Virus record (IMG/VR): IMGVR_UViG_3300029177_000001
Location: 26,630 to 90,629 of that record
Origin: a virus
DNA: 64,000 bases
Reading direction: 5' to 3' (one strand)
Of the stretch, positions 37,082 through 47,321 are shown piece after piece. The position numbers and the translations under genes are program-made. Every line of letters starts with the position of its first letter. Positions within the stretch are counted from its first letter, which is position 1. Below the pieces are notes generated by a model. The model did not search any database. It was not told where the DNA came from and was given only the letters and a program-made list of their open reading frames with translations.

Positions 37082-38396
37082 TGCAAATGAGTTGATTCAT
37101 ACACTTCAAAATCACGGAAATTCCGCTTATGTGGTAGGTGGTTGTGTAAGAGATAGCATCATTGGAAGACAAATTCACGATTGGGATATTTGTACATCTG
37201 CAACACCAGACGAAATGCTGGAGATTTTTAAGGATAAAAAAGTAATTGAAACTGGCTTAAAACACGGAACTATAACTGTTGTGGTAAAAGGAGAATCATA
37301 TGAATTAACAACATTTCGTATTGATGGAAAATATTCTGATAGTCGTAGACCTGATTCAGTAATTTTCACAAGTAGTTTAATTGAAGATTTAAAGAGACGT
37401 GATTTCACAATCAATGCAATGGCATATAATGATGACGAAGGATTAATTGATCCATTTGGGGGATTAGAAGATATTGAATATAAAAAAATTCAATGTGTAG
37501 GTTCTGAAAAAGATAGATTTGGAGAAGATGCTTTAAGGATCTTGAGAGCAATTCGTTTTGCTTCTCAACTTGAATTTGTGATGACCCCGGAAACAAGTTA
37601 TGAAATCAATAAACAATACAAAAATTTGAAGAATATTTCGATTGAGAGAATAAATAGTGAGTTTTGCAAAATCGCCGCATCAAGAGATTTCTGTGTAGAA
37701 ATGGTTTTATATAAAGATGTGTTTGCATTGTTTATACCGGAATTAAAAGATATGTTTGAATTCCAACAGAATAACCCATATCACGATTATGATGTTTACA
37801 GTCATACAGTACATTCAATTGAACATTGTAAATCCGATAATTTGGTTGTTAGATTGGCGGTTTTCTTTCATGATATTGGAAAACCTCATTCATTTCAAGA
37901 TGGCGAAGACGGTATTAGACACTTTAAAGGACATGGAAAAGTTAGTGCAGACATTACAGACAATATTATGAAACGTCTCAAATTTGACAATGAGACAAGA
38001 AATAATGTGGTTGAATTGGTGTATTACCATGATGCAACCTTTGAGGTTGGTAAAAAATATGTGAGAAGATGGATCAATAAGATTGGAGTAGAACAGTTTA
38101 GAAGACTATTGGAAGTTAGGAAAGCAGATATTTTAGGGCAGAAAGAATCTTATGAGCAGTATAGGATTAACAAAGTTAATAATATTAAACAAATTCTTGA
38201 AGAAGTTCTACGAGAAGAAACATGTTTTACACTTAAAGATTTAGCTGTCAATGGCAACGATTTAATGAGTATTGGTTATAAAGAAAACAAAGAATTAGGC
38301 AATACACTAAATGAATTATTACGATTAGTAATTGATGAAGAATGTCCTAATAAAAAAGAAAAATTATTAGAAGTAGCAATTGAAAGGAGAATGTAA
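37059..38396 (+). CDS. cca: CCA-adding tRNA nucleotidyltransferase with HD domain
   Basis: GGCVRD head-domain motif, RRDFTINA, HD motif (FHDIGK), RBS GGAGGT. Confidence 0.8.
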   Translation: MKINIPSDANELIHTLQNHGNSAYVVGGCVRDSIIGRQIHDWDICTSATPDEMLEIFKDKKVIETGLKHGTITVVVKGESYELTTFRIDGKYSDSRRPDSVIFTSSLIEDLKRRDFTINAMAYNDDEGLIDPFGGLEDIEYKKIQCVGSEKDRFGEDALRILRAIRFASQLEFVMTPETSYEINKQYKNLKNISIERINSEFCKIAASRDFCVEMVLYKDVFALFIPELKDMFEFQQNNPYHDYDVYSHTVHSIEHCKSDNLVVRLAVFFHDIGKPHSFQDGEDGIRHFKGHGKVSADITDNIMKRLKFDNETRNNVVELVYYHDATFEVGKKYVRRWINKIGVEQFRRLLEVRKADILGQKESYEQYRINKVNNIKQILEEVLREETCFTLKDLAVNGNDLMSIGYKENKELGNTLNELLRLVIDEECPNKKEKLLEVAIERRM

Positions 38397-39302
38397 TTGA
38401 TTAAATTATTCACACACCGGGATTTAGATGGAATTGGTTGTGCGGTTCTGGCACAATTGACATTTGGTAAAAATGTAGATATTACATATTGTAACTATGA
38501 TGAAGTAGATTCTCTTGTGAAAGAATACATTACCAAAATGGACAAAGATCATGATACGTGTTTTATTACAGACATTAGTATTAAGGATGATTTGGCTTCT
38601 GAGATTGATAGAGAATATAAAAATAATTTCAAATTATTTGATCATCACAAAACAGCATTAGAACTCAATAAATATGATTGGTGTACTGTTGAAACAGAGA
38701 ATAATGATACAGGTCTTATGACAAGCGGTACAGAATTATTTAGTAAATATCTGATTGACCATAAATATTTAGATGTGGATGTAAGTGATTTTGTAAGAAT
38801 TGTAACAGATTACGACACATGGAGATGGTCAACACTTGGTAAGGACGGACTCGTTTCAAAAGATGTAAATGACTTGTTGTATTTATATGGAAGAGAAAAA
38901 TTTGAAACGTGGTGTATTAGATGTATTGAATCTGGCAGATTTCCTCATTTTGACCAAGAGTCAAGTTTGATGTTGTCATTTAATAGGAATGAAATTGAAA
39001 AATATATCAAAGAAAAAGATAAGACAATTATTGTTAAGTGCAATGGAGAATATATGTATGGTGTTGTTTTTGCAGATAAATATATCAGTGAATTAGGTAA
39101 TGAATTATGTAAATTGAATAGAGAACTTGATTATATTGCAATTGTAAATATGAGTACACGTTCAGTTTCTTATAGAACTATCAAAGATGATATTGACATG
39201 GGTATGATTGCAAAGAAATATGGAGGCGGTGGTCATCCAAAAGCAGCAGGATCAAAATTTGATGTTTATAAACTTGCAAGATTTCTTGATGAGTTGTTGT
39301 GA
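38397..39302 (+). CDS. DHH/DHHA1 phosphoesterase (NrnA-like oligoribonuclease / pAp phosphatase)
   Basis: THRDLDGIGCA, FDHH, C-terminal GGGGHPKAAG (DHHA1); TTG start after AAAGGAG. Confidence 0.75.
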   Translation: MIKLFTHRDLDGIGCAVLAQLTFGKNVDITYCNYDEVDSLVKEYITKMDKDHDTCFITDISIKDDLASEIDREYKNNFKLFDHHKTALELNKYDWCTVETENNDTGLMTSGTELFSKYLIDHKYLDVDVSDFVRIVTDYDTWRWSTLGKDGLVSKDVNDLLYLYGREKFETWCIRCIESGRFPHFDQESSLMLSFNRNEIEKYIKEKDKTIIVKCNGEYMYGVVFADKYISELGNELCKLNRELDYIAIVNMSTRSVSYRTIKDDIDMGMIAKKYGGGGHPKAAGSKFDVYKLARFLDELL

Positions 39303-39679
39303 TATGGAGAATAAGAAATATGGAGCTGACAAGAGAAGAAGCGGTTTCAGAACACAGAAAAATGTGGAACTGGATTGCAGATAAGATTGAAGAAGAAAAG
39401 AGAGATCAAGATATCTTTGATTTAAAAGAAGAATATTGTAATAGAGAAGGATATAACGACATAAGAAGCGATTGTTTTTGTTGTGGATATACAAAATACA
39501 TTTGTGATTATTGTCCTATCGAGTGGGGAAGTGAGGTTGAATATTTTATGTGTCTTGATAAATATGAAGACAACGATTACAAAGGATTGTATTCATTATG
39601 TTGTAACGAATCAGATTGGAGGGAACAGGCAAAATTAGCAAGACAGATTGCAAATCTACCAGAAAGAGAGAATGTGTAA
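39299..39679 (+). CDS. Cys-rich protein
   Basis: CFCCGYTKYICDYCP. Confidence 0.45.
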   Translation: MIWRIRNMELTREEAVSEHRKMWNWIADKIEEEKRDQDIFDLKEEYCNREGYNDIRSDCFCCGYTKYICDYCPIEWGSEVEYFMCLDKYEDNDYKGLYSLCCNESDWREQAKLARQIANLPERENV

Positions 39680-39680
39680 T

Positions 39681-40043
39681 ATGGATAGATTATATAGAAC
39701 AGAATTAGGGGTTAGTTTAGACATATACGATAAATGCCCTACGTGTAGTATTTGCTGGAATTGTGATATCCCAGTAAGAGAATGTGGATACATGTACGAT
39801 GCACTAGAAAAACTTGCAGAATATGAAGATACAAAATTGACACTTGAGCAGATACGGAACCTGAATGAGCGTGACACAGCGAAGAAACCAGATATCGAGG
39901 GAGACGGGTATGCTCCAGATGGAACATTTATATATGACACCTGGATCTGTCCAAACTGTAATGAACATTACGAGATTGATTACGATGACTATGATTTTTG
40001 TCCGAAGTGTGGACAAAGAATTGATAGGAGTGAATTGAAATAA
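39681..40043 (+). CDS. zinc-ribbon protein
   Basis: CPTCSICWNC ... CPNC ... CPKCG; ATG 39681 directly after upstream stop. Confidence 0.45.
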   Translation: MDRLYRTELGVSLDIYDKCPTCSICWNCDIPVRECGYMYDALEKLAEYEDTKLTLEQIRNLNERDTAKKPDIEGDGYAPDGTFIYDTWICPNCNEHYEIDYDDYDFCPKCGQRIDRSELK

Positions 40044-40058
40044 AATGGCGAATAAGAA

Positions 40059-40382
40059 ATGCAACAATTTAAAAATTCAAAAATTTGTATTTCACGAACC
40101 CGCATGGTTGCTACGTTTGTTGGAGGTGAAAATCGAATGAAACTGGAATTTCAAACGGAGAATAAAGATACAAAGGTGATATCTCATCCAAGAAGCAGAA
40201 AAGAACTTTGGAGGGATATACATAAAGTACTAGAAGACATGGGATTCAAAACCTATTACCAGAGATTGTATATGGAGAATGATAAATTAAAAATAGATTT
40301 TGGATCACACACTGAATTCTTCTATGTGACTGATTTAACAGTTTCAGATCTGAGAGAGTTATCAATTGAAATTATCAATTGA
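40059..40382 (+). CDS. hypothetical protein
   Basis: 107-aa ORF. Confidence 0.4.
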   Translation: MQQFKNSKICISRTRMVATFVGGENRMKLEFQTENKDTKVISHPRSRKELWRDIHKVLEDMGFKTYYQRLYMENDKLKIDFGSHTEFFYVTDLTVSDLRELSIEIIN

Positions 40383-40601
40383 GTAAGATAATTCACGTAT
40401 AAAATTGCAAATCAATAGTTTCTATAAATTCAAATTATAGAATTAAATAATTTAAAAATTTGTCGTGAAAGTGCGACAGTTTCTTAAATGCACCCATTTT
40501 TGGGGTTTTACATAGAAATTTACATATTAGTAACTCTATGCTCCGGCTGCTGTGCGGTCGTTCACATATATAAATATACATACAAAAGGAGATTTTATTT
40601 T

Positions 40602-41789
40602 ATGGCAAGAAAAGAAAAAGCAGTTTTAGAAAAAAAAGGATGGTCAAATTCATTTGTACTGGTTGGAGAGGCAAAAATTAATGCTGATTATACATACAAA
40701 TTGGATGAACATTCTGAGAAATCAGATTGGGTTTACAATTCATTAAATCTTGGTGTTGATTGCGGAGATGTATGCGGAACAGTTTATGCCGAATTGATGG
40801 GCGGATATGGTGCAGAACGAGACAATGTTGTTTATGTCCATGGTAAAGACGCAGATGGCAAGGATGATTTTGAAAACAGATTTACTATTGATTGGGATGA
40901 CAGGTTTGATGAAAAAATCTTGGAGTCTGTCGGAGATTTATGTTTTATGACTGTCGGTCTTGAAAAGGATAAAAATGAAAAGGTGTTTTACAAAAAATTC
41001 TTAACACCATATGACATGATCGCTTATATCAATGAAAATCTAGAGGATGGAATGGTTGTTAATGTAAAAGGACAGCTTAAATATTCTTCATACGAAGGCA
41101 GTGTACAGGTAAAAAAAGAAATTTCAAGTCTTGTGCTTTCCAAAGTAGATGACAGAAGTAAGTATCATGCAAACTTTACACAGACAATGTTGCTTACAAG
41201 AGATAGTGTTGGCAAGCCAGACAAATCAACAGGAATTTTGCCAATCTATGCAAAGATTCTCGATTATGTAAAAGAGTATAAAGGAAAAGAAGTTAGATGC
41301 AATATTCCATATGATAAAGCATTTGAATATGAACTCGATTTAACTAAACCGGAGATGTCACAGAAAGTAATCGAAAAACTTTTTAAAGTGAAAAAGGGAG
41401 TTACAGAAATTACATTTGAAGGAGATTTGATTGAAGGCGGAGCAGTAGTCACAGCAACAGAAGATGATATTCCAGACGACATCAAAACTCTTATTGAGAT
41501 TGGTGTATTCACTTTAGAAGAAGCTCTTCAGAAATGTACTGTTAATTCAGGAAGAGAAAGGAGAATGGTTATTAGAAGACCACAGATTAAAAATGTTGAG
41601 GGAAAAGATGGGACAAAAACTCCAGTCCTCCAGAAGTTTGAACAGAAGTACGACGAAGATGATTTGATTCTTGATTTTATGTATGAAGAAGAATCAGAAG
41701 ATGAAAATAGTGATGTTTACGTCGAAGACGAATCTGAGGATGTTGCAGAAAATCCAAATGATATGTCATGGCTTGATGCACTTGGATAA
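40602..41789 (+). CDS. hypothetical replication-associated protein with acidic C-terminal tail ending DMSWLDALG (possible ssDNA-binding/annealing protein)
   Basis: RBS AAAAGGAGA before ATG 40602 (track ORF starts further upstream without RBS); tail EESEDENSDVYVEDESEDVAENPNDMSWLDALG; upstream AT-rich promoter-like region. Confidence 0.4.
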   Translation: MARKEKAVLEKKGWSNSFVLVGEAKINADYTYKLDEHSEKSDWVYNSLNLGVDCGDVCGTVYAELMGGYGAERDNVVYVHGKDADGKDDFENRFTIDWDDRFDEKILESVGDLCFMTVGLEKDKNEKVFYKKFLTPYDMIAYINENLEDGMVVNVKGQLKYSSYEGSVQVKKEISSLVLSKVDDRSKYHANFTQTMLLTRDSVGKPDKSTGILPIYAKILDYVKEYKGKEVRCNIPYDKAFEYELDLTKPEMSQKVIEKLFKVKKGVTEITFEGDLIEGGAVVTATEDDIPDDIKTLIEIGVFTLEEALQKCTVNSGRERRMVIRRPQIKNVEGKDGTKTPVLQKFEQKYDEDDLILDFMYEEESEDENSDVYVEDESEDVAENPNDMSWLDALG

Positions 41790-41801
41790 AAGCATTAAAA
41801 A

Positions 41802-41863
41802 GTCTACGCAGCACAAGACTGCGTAGACAGCAAATAAAACACAAATACATTGAATAATTTGGA
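41802..41863 (+). promoter_or_regulatory. 10-bp stem hairpin followed by conserved 27-nt motif AAACACAAATACAYTGAATAATTTGGA (copy 2)
   Basis: gtctacgcag/ctgcgtagac stem then motif 41837-41863, immediately before RBS/start of 41875 gene. Confidence 0.45.
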
Positions 41864-41874
41864 GGATAGAATAT

Positions 41875-42987
41875 ATGGCAAGAAAATTTGGAAAGAAAAA
41901 AGAAGTGAAAATTGATCCATTAGCTTACAACATTGGACTGGCAGGATTATCTGGTATCGGTAAAACTACTCTTATTAAAAATGTATGTGAGGAACTTGTT
42001 GGAGAAGACGGATATTTAATGTTGGATATCGGGAAAGAAAGTGGACATGATTGTATTGATGGAATTGTGAGTGAAGAATGTGCGGACTGGGAGAAGTTAG
42101 ATGAAGTTCTTGATGACATTATTGACAATAGAACAACAGATTACAAAGATTTGAAAGTGATTGTTTTCGATACATTAGATGAATTATTTACAATTGGAGA
42201 GGAAGAAACGATTGCACAGTGGAATCGATCAAATCCGGACAAACGAACCAAAACAATTAACAGTGTAAATGGCGGATTTGGGAAAGGTCTTGATGCCTGT
42301 ATTGAAATGGTATTAGACAGAATTTGGTCTTTAAAAGATGTTGGAATTTCATTCATTGTAATTGTACATACAAAAACAAAAGACGTGGAAGATCCAATTA
42401 CAGGACAAACATATCAGGTTATTACAGCAAATATGCCACAAAGATATTTTAATGCAATCAAAACAAAATTAGATATTTTTGGTGTTGCATATATTGACAG
42501 AGATATTGTAACAGAAAAACTTGGTAGAAAAGATATTAAAGGAAAAGAAATTACAAGGAACGTTGTTTCAAAAGAGGCACGTAAAATTGCATTCAGATCA
42601 GATAATTATAATCTTGATAGTAAATGCAGATTTCCAGAAATTGTAAGCGAAATCGATCTTGATCCACATCAGTTTATCCAGGCAATTACAGATGCTATCA
42701 AAGCAGAACAAGCTAAATCAGGTAAATCATTTGAAGAATCTGAAAAAGAACAGGCTGCAAAGGAGGCAGAAGAAATGAAAGAACTGGCTAAAAAAGAGGC
42801 AGAAAAGAAAGAAGAGAAAAAAATTGAGTTTGTGATTGATCAGATTAAAGATTTTATCAAAGACAATAAGGGGAATATGGAAGCAATTAAACCATTGCTT
42901 GAATTTTCAAAAGAAAATGGATATGCGAACCCAACTTTAATTGACGATTTATCAATTGCGGAACAGGCATTGAAAATTATTGCTTAA
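41875..42987 (+). CDS. AAA/RecA-like ATPase (phage Sak4/AAA_24-like) with coiled-coil C-terminus
   Basis: Walker A GLAGLSGIGKTT; Walker B-like IVIVHT; RBS GGAGGATAG. Confidence 0.55.
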   Translation: MARKFGKKKEVKIDPLAYNIGLAGLSGIGKTTLIKNVCEELVGEDGYLMLDIGKESGHDCIDGIVSEECADWEKLDEVLDDIIDNRTTDYKDLKVIVFDTLDELFTIGEEETIAQWNRSNPDKRTKTINSVNGGFGKGLDACIEMVLDRIWSLKDVGISFIVIVHTKTKDVEDPITGQTYQVITANMPQRYFNAIKTKLDIFGVAYIDRDIVTEKLGRKDIKGKEITRNVVSKEARKIAFRSDNYNLDSKCRFPEIVSEIDLDPHQFIQAITDAIKAEQAKSGKSFEESEKEQAAKEAEEMKELAKKEAEKKEEKKIEFVIDQIKDFIKDNKGNMEAIKPLLEFSKENGYANPTLIDDLSIAEQALKIIA

Positions 42988-43002
42988 TAGGATGGTGATG
43001 TA

Positions 43003-43476
43003 ATGAGAGTAAAGCCTGAATCAGTGAAGATGACAGATGTTGAAAAGCAAGAATGGGATGAACTATACAGATATGTAAAAAAAGAAATTCTATTTTATGA
43101 CGACAATCAGAGTTTGTCCAGTTTTATTTGTACTAAACTAAAAGGTATTAGAACCGGTAAATTTATCGAAAATAAAAAAATCAAAAGTCAGGCTGAGTAT
43201 CCATACAAAATCATTTTATATACATTCCAGATATGCAGACCAAAAATATTGGCTGCATTATCTGGAAAAACATTTGAGTCAGAAACACAGAAAATTAATT
43301 ATATTTGTGCAATTGTAAGAAACAACATAAACGACGTTTATGAGATGGTTAAGAGAAAAGAACGTAACGAAGAAAAAGTTAAAACTATGGATACAAATAT
43401 TCTGACACATAAAGCAGCTCATTACCAAACAAAAACTAAGGAATTAAAAAACGATAAATTAAAAAACTTATGGTGA
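43003..43476 (+). CDS. hypothetical protein
   Basis: 157-aa ORF. Confidence 0.4.
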   Translation: MRVKPESVKMTDVEKQEWDELYRYVKKEILFYDDNQSLSSFICTKLKGIRTGKFIENKKIKSQAEYPYKIILYTFQICRPKILAALSGKTFESETQKINYICAIVRNNINDVYEMVKRKERNEEKVKTMDTNILTHKAAHYQTKTKELKNDKLKNLW

Positions 43477-43491
43477 GGAGCATATTAACTA

Positions 43492-44991
43492 ATGGGGACA
43501 AAATCAAATGTAAAAAAACTAACACCATTTGAAAAAGAGTTAATCGAAACTATTAAACAGGTGAATCAATACAAGGAAGCTGATGAGGCAAATATTGTTG
43601 CGATTTTATATAAGAATTCAGATTTGATTTATGAAACAAATTTACATTTAGAGGAATTTGGTAATAACGTTTGGAGAGTATACTGGACAATTGCTGATGA
43701 CATTATAAAGGTAGAAAAGAAGAAAACGTTGGATGAAATTACGGTTGGTTTGTATCTTGAAAAACATCCAAAATTAAGAGAAAAATATGATGAGTATGGC
43801 GGATATGAAACTATTGAAGCAGCAGGTGGATATGTAAAATCAGAAAATCTTTATGGATATATTGACGAGCTTCGTAAATGGAATAGTGTAATCAAATTAG
43901 CAAAAATGCGATGTGCGGTAAACGACAGATTAAGTGATTACTGCGATATGACTGCGGAAGAAATTTACAATGAGTGGGAAGCTCAGATCAACGATATTTT
44001 CTCTAATATTGATTACGATGTAAAAAGCTACGACATTTGTGACGGGATATATGAACTGATTGAGAAATTGGACGAGGGGTATGCAGTCGGTCTTCCATAT
44101 AACAATATGGAGATCATTACAAAAGAAACCGGTGGACAATATCTTGGTAGTATTACTTTGGTTGGAGGGTTGAGTAATGTTGGTAAATCAACATTTGCTC
44201 GAAATGCAGTTATTCCAACTGCAATAAAAGAGAAAGAAAGAATCGTAATCATTGTCAACGAGGATGGTTTAGAAAAATGGCAAAGAGAGCTTCTAGTATT
44301 CGCAGCAAATAATATTATCAAAGATGATTTACAAAAGCATGTCGTAAGAGATGGTCATTTTGAGAAGGAAACAAAGGAAATCTTGTATAAAGCAGCAGAT
44401 TGGCTAAAAGAACAAACGGACAATCATATCATAACAATTCTTCCGTTTCAGCAATACAAAACAGAAAATGCTATAAAAACCATAAAGAAATACTCAAGTA
44501 TGGGAGTTAAGTATTTTTTGTTGGATACATTTAAATTAGATGCAGGAAATGTAAGTGATAAAGCATGGCTTGAAATGCAGCAAAATATGGTAAAAATCAA
44601 TGACGTTATTAAACCAGAGGCAAAAAATCTACATATTCTTATTACATTTCAGTTAGCAAAGGGAAGTGTAAAACAAAGATATTACACGCAAGATAATATT
44701 GGAATGTCTAAGAATATTATTGATGTTGCTTCAACATGTATTATGATTCGTGATTTATACGATGATGAATATACAGGAGAAAAAAGGGAGTTAAAAGTAT
44801 ATAAGTTAGAGGGTAAAAATGGAAAGACGAAAATTCCAGTAAAGTTAGATAAAGATAAACATTATCAGATTCTATTTATCATCAAAAACCGTGAAGGTTC
44901 TGCAAATAGGTATCAGGTGGTGATTGAACATGATATGTCAAGAAATATTATTAAAGAAGTTGGGATTACAAATGTTCCAGTAGACTTTTAA
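43492..44991 (+). CDS. DnaB-like replicative DNA helicase
   Basis: DnaB C-domain Walker A GGLSNVGKSTFARN, N-terminal helical domain; 499 aa. Confidence 0.8.
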   Translation: MGTKSNVKKLTPFEKELIETIKQVNQYKEADEANIVAILYKNSDLIYETNLHLEEFGNNVWRVYWTIADDIIKVEKKKTLDEITVGLYLEKHPKLREKYDEYGGYETIEAAGGYVKSENLYGYIDELRKWNSVIKLAKMRCAVNDRLSDYCDMTAEEIYNEWEAQINDIFSNIDYDVKSYDICDGIYELIEKLDEGYAVGLPYNNMEIITKETGGQYLGSITLVGGLSNVGKSTFARNAVIPTAIKEKERIVIIVNEDGLEKWQRELLVFAANNIIKDDLQKHVVRDGHFEKETKEILYKAADWLKEQTDNHIITILPFQQYKTENAIKTIKKYSSMGVKYFLLDTFKLDAGNVSDKAWLEMQQNMVKINDVIKPEAKNLHILITFQLAKGSVKQRYYTQDNIGMSKNIIDVASTCIMIRDLYDDEYTGEKRELKVYKLEGKNGKTKIPVKLDKDKHYQILFIIKNREGSANRYQVVIEHDMSRNIIKEVGITNVPVDF

Positions 44992-45011
44992 GAAAGGCGG
45001 TAAACAGTGTT

Positions 45012-46094
45012 GTGACGATTGGCGAACTAAAAACTTATATATATAAAGAAAATAAGATTGAATATGTACTTCAAGAAATTGGATGTCATCACATTGTTTA
45101 CCATCAAAACAAAGAATATTACTCATGTGGGAATGTAGATGGCGATAATAAATCATGTGTAATTGTACGGAATAATGAATATTTAAATGTTGTGAATTAT
45201 ACAAGAGAAAATTTTTTTGATGACAGATCAGACATTATTACACTCGTTCAGTATAACTTGTCGGCAAAACATAAAGATTCTACTACGTGGGAAGCTGTGA
45301 AAATCCTACATAAGATTTTAGGACTAAGATTATCATTTAAAAAAGAAGAGAAGAAGAAAGAAAAAATTGATCCACTTCAAATATTCAAAAGAGTTAAAAC
45401 GAGACGAAAAAAAATAAATGTTTTAGATTTTGAAGTGCATGACGAAAAAGAACTAGACGCTTTTGTTCCTTATGTACACATTGATTGGTACAAGGAAGGT
45501 GTCATGCCATGGACAGTAAAAAAATTTAAACTTGGATATAGTTATAAGTATAAAAGAAATGTTATTCCACTAAGATACTGGCTTACAGGAGAATTAATGG
45601 GATACAACATGAGAACAACGGTTGAAAACTATGATCTATTTGATATCAAAAAATATTACATTACACCAGGATATCCAAAACAGATTAATTTGTATGGTCT
45701 ATATGAGAATAGAGAGTCGATTGAAAAATCAGATTATGTTGTGGTTGTAGAAAGTGAAAAATCTGTATTAAAGAGAGACAGCCTTTGTGATTCTACATGT
45801 GTTGCTGTTTCTGGACATGAAATATCAGATGAACAGGCAAGGATACTAATAGGTCTAAATAAAGAAGTTATTATCTGCTTTGATAAAGATATTGATATTA
45901 ACCATGTAAGACATTGCTGTGAGAAATTTTATCATATTAGGAAAGTTAGCTATATGTATGACAAATGGGGAATCATAGGTGACAAAGACTCACCAGTAGA
46001 TGCACGAAACCAGATATATGAATTCATGATGAAATATAGAGTAACGTATGACGAACGTGAACATAAAGAATATTTAAAAGCATTACGAAAGTAG
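45012..46094 (+). CDS. DNA primase (zinc-binding + TOPRIM)
   Basis: N-terminal CHHIVYHQNKEYYSCGNVDGDNKSC zinc finger; TOPRIM-like VVVVESEKS...CFDKDID; position next to helicase. Confidence 0.65.
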   Translation: MTIGELKTYIYKENKIEYVLQEIGCHHIVYHQNKEYYSCGNVDGDNKSCVIVRNNEYLNVVNYTRENFFDDRSDIITLVQYNLSAKHKDSTTWEAVKILHKILGLRLSFKKEEKKKEKIDPLQIFKRVKTRRKKINVLDFEVHDEKELDAFVPYVHIDWYKEGVMPWTVKKFKLGYSYKYKRNVIPLRYWLTGELMGYNMRTTVENYDLFDIKKYYITPGYPKQINLYGLYENRESIEKSDYVVVVESEKSVLKRDSLCDSTCVAVSGHEISDEQARILIGLNKEVIICFDKDIDINHVRHCCEKFYHIRKVSYMYDKWGIIGDKDSPVDARNQIYEFMMKYRVTYDEREHKEYLKALRK

Positions 46095-47306
46095 GTGTTT
46101 ATTATAGGACGCAAAACTAAAGAAGAATTAAATGAAATTATGTCTTATTACAAGACTGATCGATTATGGAGTTGGTCTAAATTTAATACATATCACACAT
46201 CTCCATATGAATACTTTCTTAAATATATAAAACATGTACCCGAAGATAGGGATGACTGTATCTATGTAGTTACCGGAGGAATGGCACATGAGATTATGGA
46301 AGATTTGTATTTAGGACATATTAAATATGAAGAGATGGATGAAAAATTCGAAGATTCTTGGCTGACAGCAGAAGTGGCTGATTTAAAATTTGACAGAAAC
46401 GACGAAAAGAAAAATGAGAGTGTTAAACAAAAATATTATGAATGTCTAAAACATTTCTTTAACCACCATAAGATGTTTGAACAGCATATGGAAATAGAAA
46501 GATTTGTAACAGCTAAAATTGGAGAAAATGTATTTCAAGGATATATTGATGCTGTTTATAAGGATAAAGATGGCAATTTTCATATATTAGATTGGAAAAC
46601 AAGTTCTATTTATAAAGGTAAAAAAGCAGAAAATGAATGCGGGCAGTTGATTGTGTATGCAATTGCATTGAACCAAATGGGAATTCCGATGGATAAAATT
46701 CGTATCTCATGGGATTTTCTAAAATATGTTTCAATTGATTGTCAGCAAGCAAATGGGAAATGGACAACGAGAGAAATTGAAAGAAATCAGATTGGCATGA
46801 AATTGCAAACAAGCGTGAAGATGTGGCTAAAAAAATGTGGATACGAGGAAAATCAGTTGGAGTATCTTGATCTTCTTATGCAGACAAATGATATTAAATG
46901 TCTTCCAAAAGATGTACAAGAAAAGTATAGAATGAATGATTGTATTGTGACAGTTTCAATCACAGAGGAACTTTTGAATAAATGGACAACAGATATTATC
47001 GAAACAATTTCTGAAATTGAAGAGAAGGAGGATAAATATAAGAAACTGAAAGATAGCAATTTATTAAAAGCAGAAAAAGAGTTTTGGGATTCAGATGACC
47101 TAGTAGAAAAGCAAAGCTATTATTTTTCTACATTATGTGCTTACTCTCCGAATGTACATCTGCCATATAAAAAATATTTAGACAAGCTAAATGCCAAGAA
47201 AGAGCAGCAGGATAATATTTTTGCAGGTGTTGGTGAAGATGCCATATCTAATGTTCAAGGAGAATTATTGGATGAAGACGATATGTCTTGGTTAAATGAT
47301 TTATAG
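46095..47306 (+). CDS. PD-(D/E)XK nuclease (RecB/Cas4-like) with acidic C-terminal tail ending DMSWLNDL
   Basis: GYIDAVYKDKDGNFHILDWKTS and QLIVYAIAL motifs; start may instead be ATG 46140. Confidence 0.65.
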   Translation: MFIIGRKTKEELNEIMSYYKTDRLWSWSKFNTYHTSPYEYFLKYIKHVPEDRDDCIYVVTGGMAHEIMEDLYLGHIKYEEMDEKFEDSWLTAEVADLKFDRNDEKKNESVKQKYYECLKHFFNHHKMFEQHMEIERFVTAKIGENVFQGYIDAVYKDKDGNFHILDWKTSSIYKGKKAENECGQLIVYAIALNQMGIPMDKIRISWDFLKYVSIDCQQANGKWTTREIERNQIGMKLQTSVKMWLKKCGYEENQLEYLDLLMQTNDIKCLPKDVQEKYRMNDCIVTVSITEELLNKWTTDIIETISEIEEKEDKYKKLKDSNLLKAEKEFWDSDDLVEKQSYYFSTLCAYSPNVHLPYKKYLDKLNAKKEQQDNIFAGVGEDAISNVQGELLDEDDMSWLNDL

Positions 47307-47321
47307 AACTGGGGTGAGTAA

